Shown here: in pieces, positions 34,958 to 35,191 of the stretch
Position numbering within the stretch: the first letter of the stretch is position 1
How the letters are laid out: the number at the start of each line of letters is the position of its first letter
DNA from: Octopus bimaculoides
Lineage: Eukaryota
Assembly (NCBI RefSeq): GCF_001194135.2
Contig: NC_069003.1
Location: forward strand, 2,194,866-2,230,056
Direction: 5' to 3'
DNA: 35,191 nucleotides
Program-made: the position numbers and the translations under genes
Notes under the pieces: model-generated
What the model was told of the DNA's origin: nothing
Seen by the model: the letters and a program-made list of their open reading frames with translations, nothing else
The model's database searches: none

Positions 34958-35191
34958 AAGTGTGGCTGACCCCTAGGGGTGGATGTTACTGTTGCTTTTA
35001 GCCCCAGGAGGACATCTCCTCCAGCTGGCTTATCGACACACGACTGTGTCCTGTTTGCCAAGGGAGTTATCCCTCTCACCACGACCAGCAGCACGAACGT
35101 ATCCGGATTTCAGGGTTATTTCCCTTCTTCGGCGTTCGACAGCTGATGACCTTGGTGAGAGAGAAAAACCTGGCAAAATCTTATATCTTCT
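34958..35191. repeat. GC-richer segment, probably part of an interspersed repeat (truncated by window end)
   Basis: Abrupt composition change after a TA block. Resembles an octopus repeat I recall, possibly a LINE 5' UTR on the minus strand; no second copy in the window. Confidence 0.3.

Overview
Eukaryotic, AT-rich, microsatellite-saturated, essentially non-coding DNA (intronic or intergenic) with four assembly gaps. It resembles octopus genomic DNA; that is an inference from recalled SINE families and repeat density, not a database result. I recognise no intact protein-coding gene. The ORF track is mostly simple-repeat translations ([12 protein letters not shown]), N-gap read-through, or wrong-frame reads of transposon relics. 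Supported content: five decayed mariner transposase fragments; two stacked R4/Dong-like non-LTR 3' ends with restriction-like endonuclease motifs and (TAA)n tails; copies of two tRNA-derived SINE families; a tRNA-like head joined to an RTE-type tail; a Penelope-type GIY-YIG endonuclease fragment; and two copies of a short repeat each carrying a minimal type I hammerhead-ribozyme-like motif with a pyrimidine at core position 6. The hammerhead repeat, together with the GIY-YIG relic, is the most interesting signal. Also notable are a diverged ~0.38 kb direct duplication with a 92%-identical 64-nt core, a 96-bp fold-back palindrome inside a SINE, and a few low-confidence minus-strand exon candidates.
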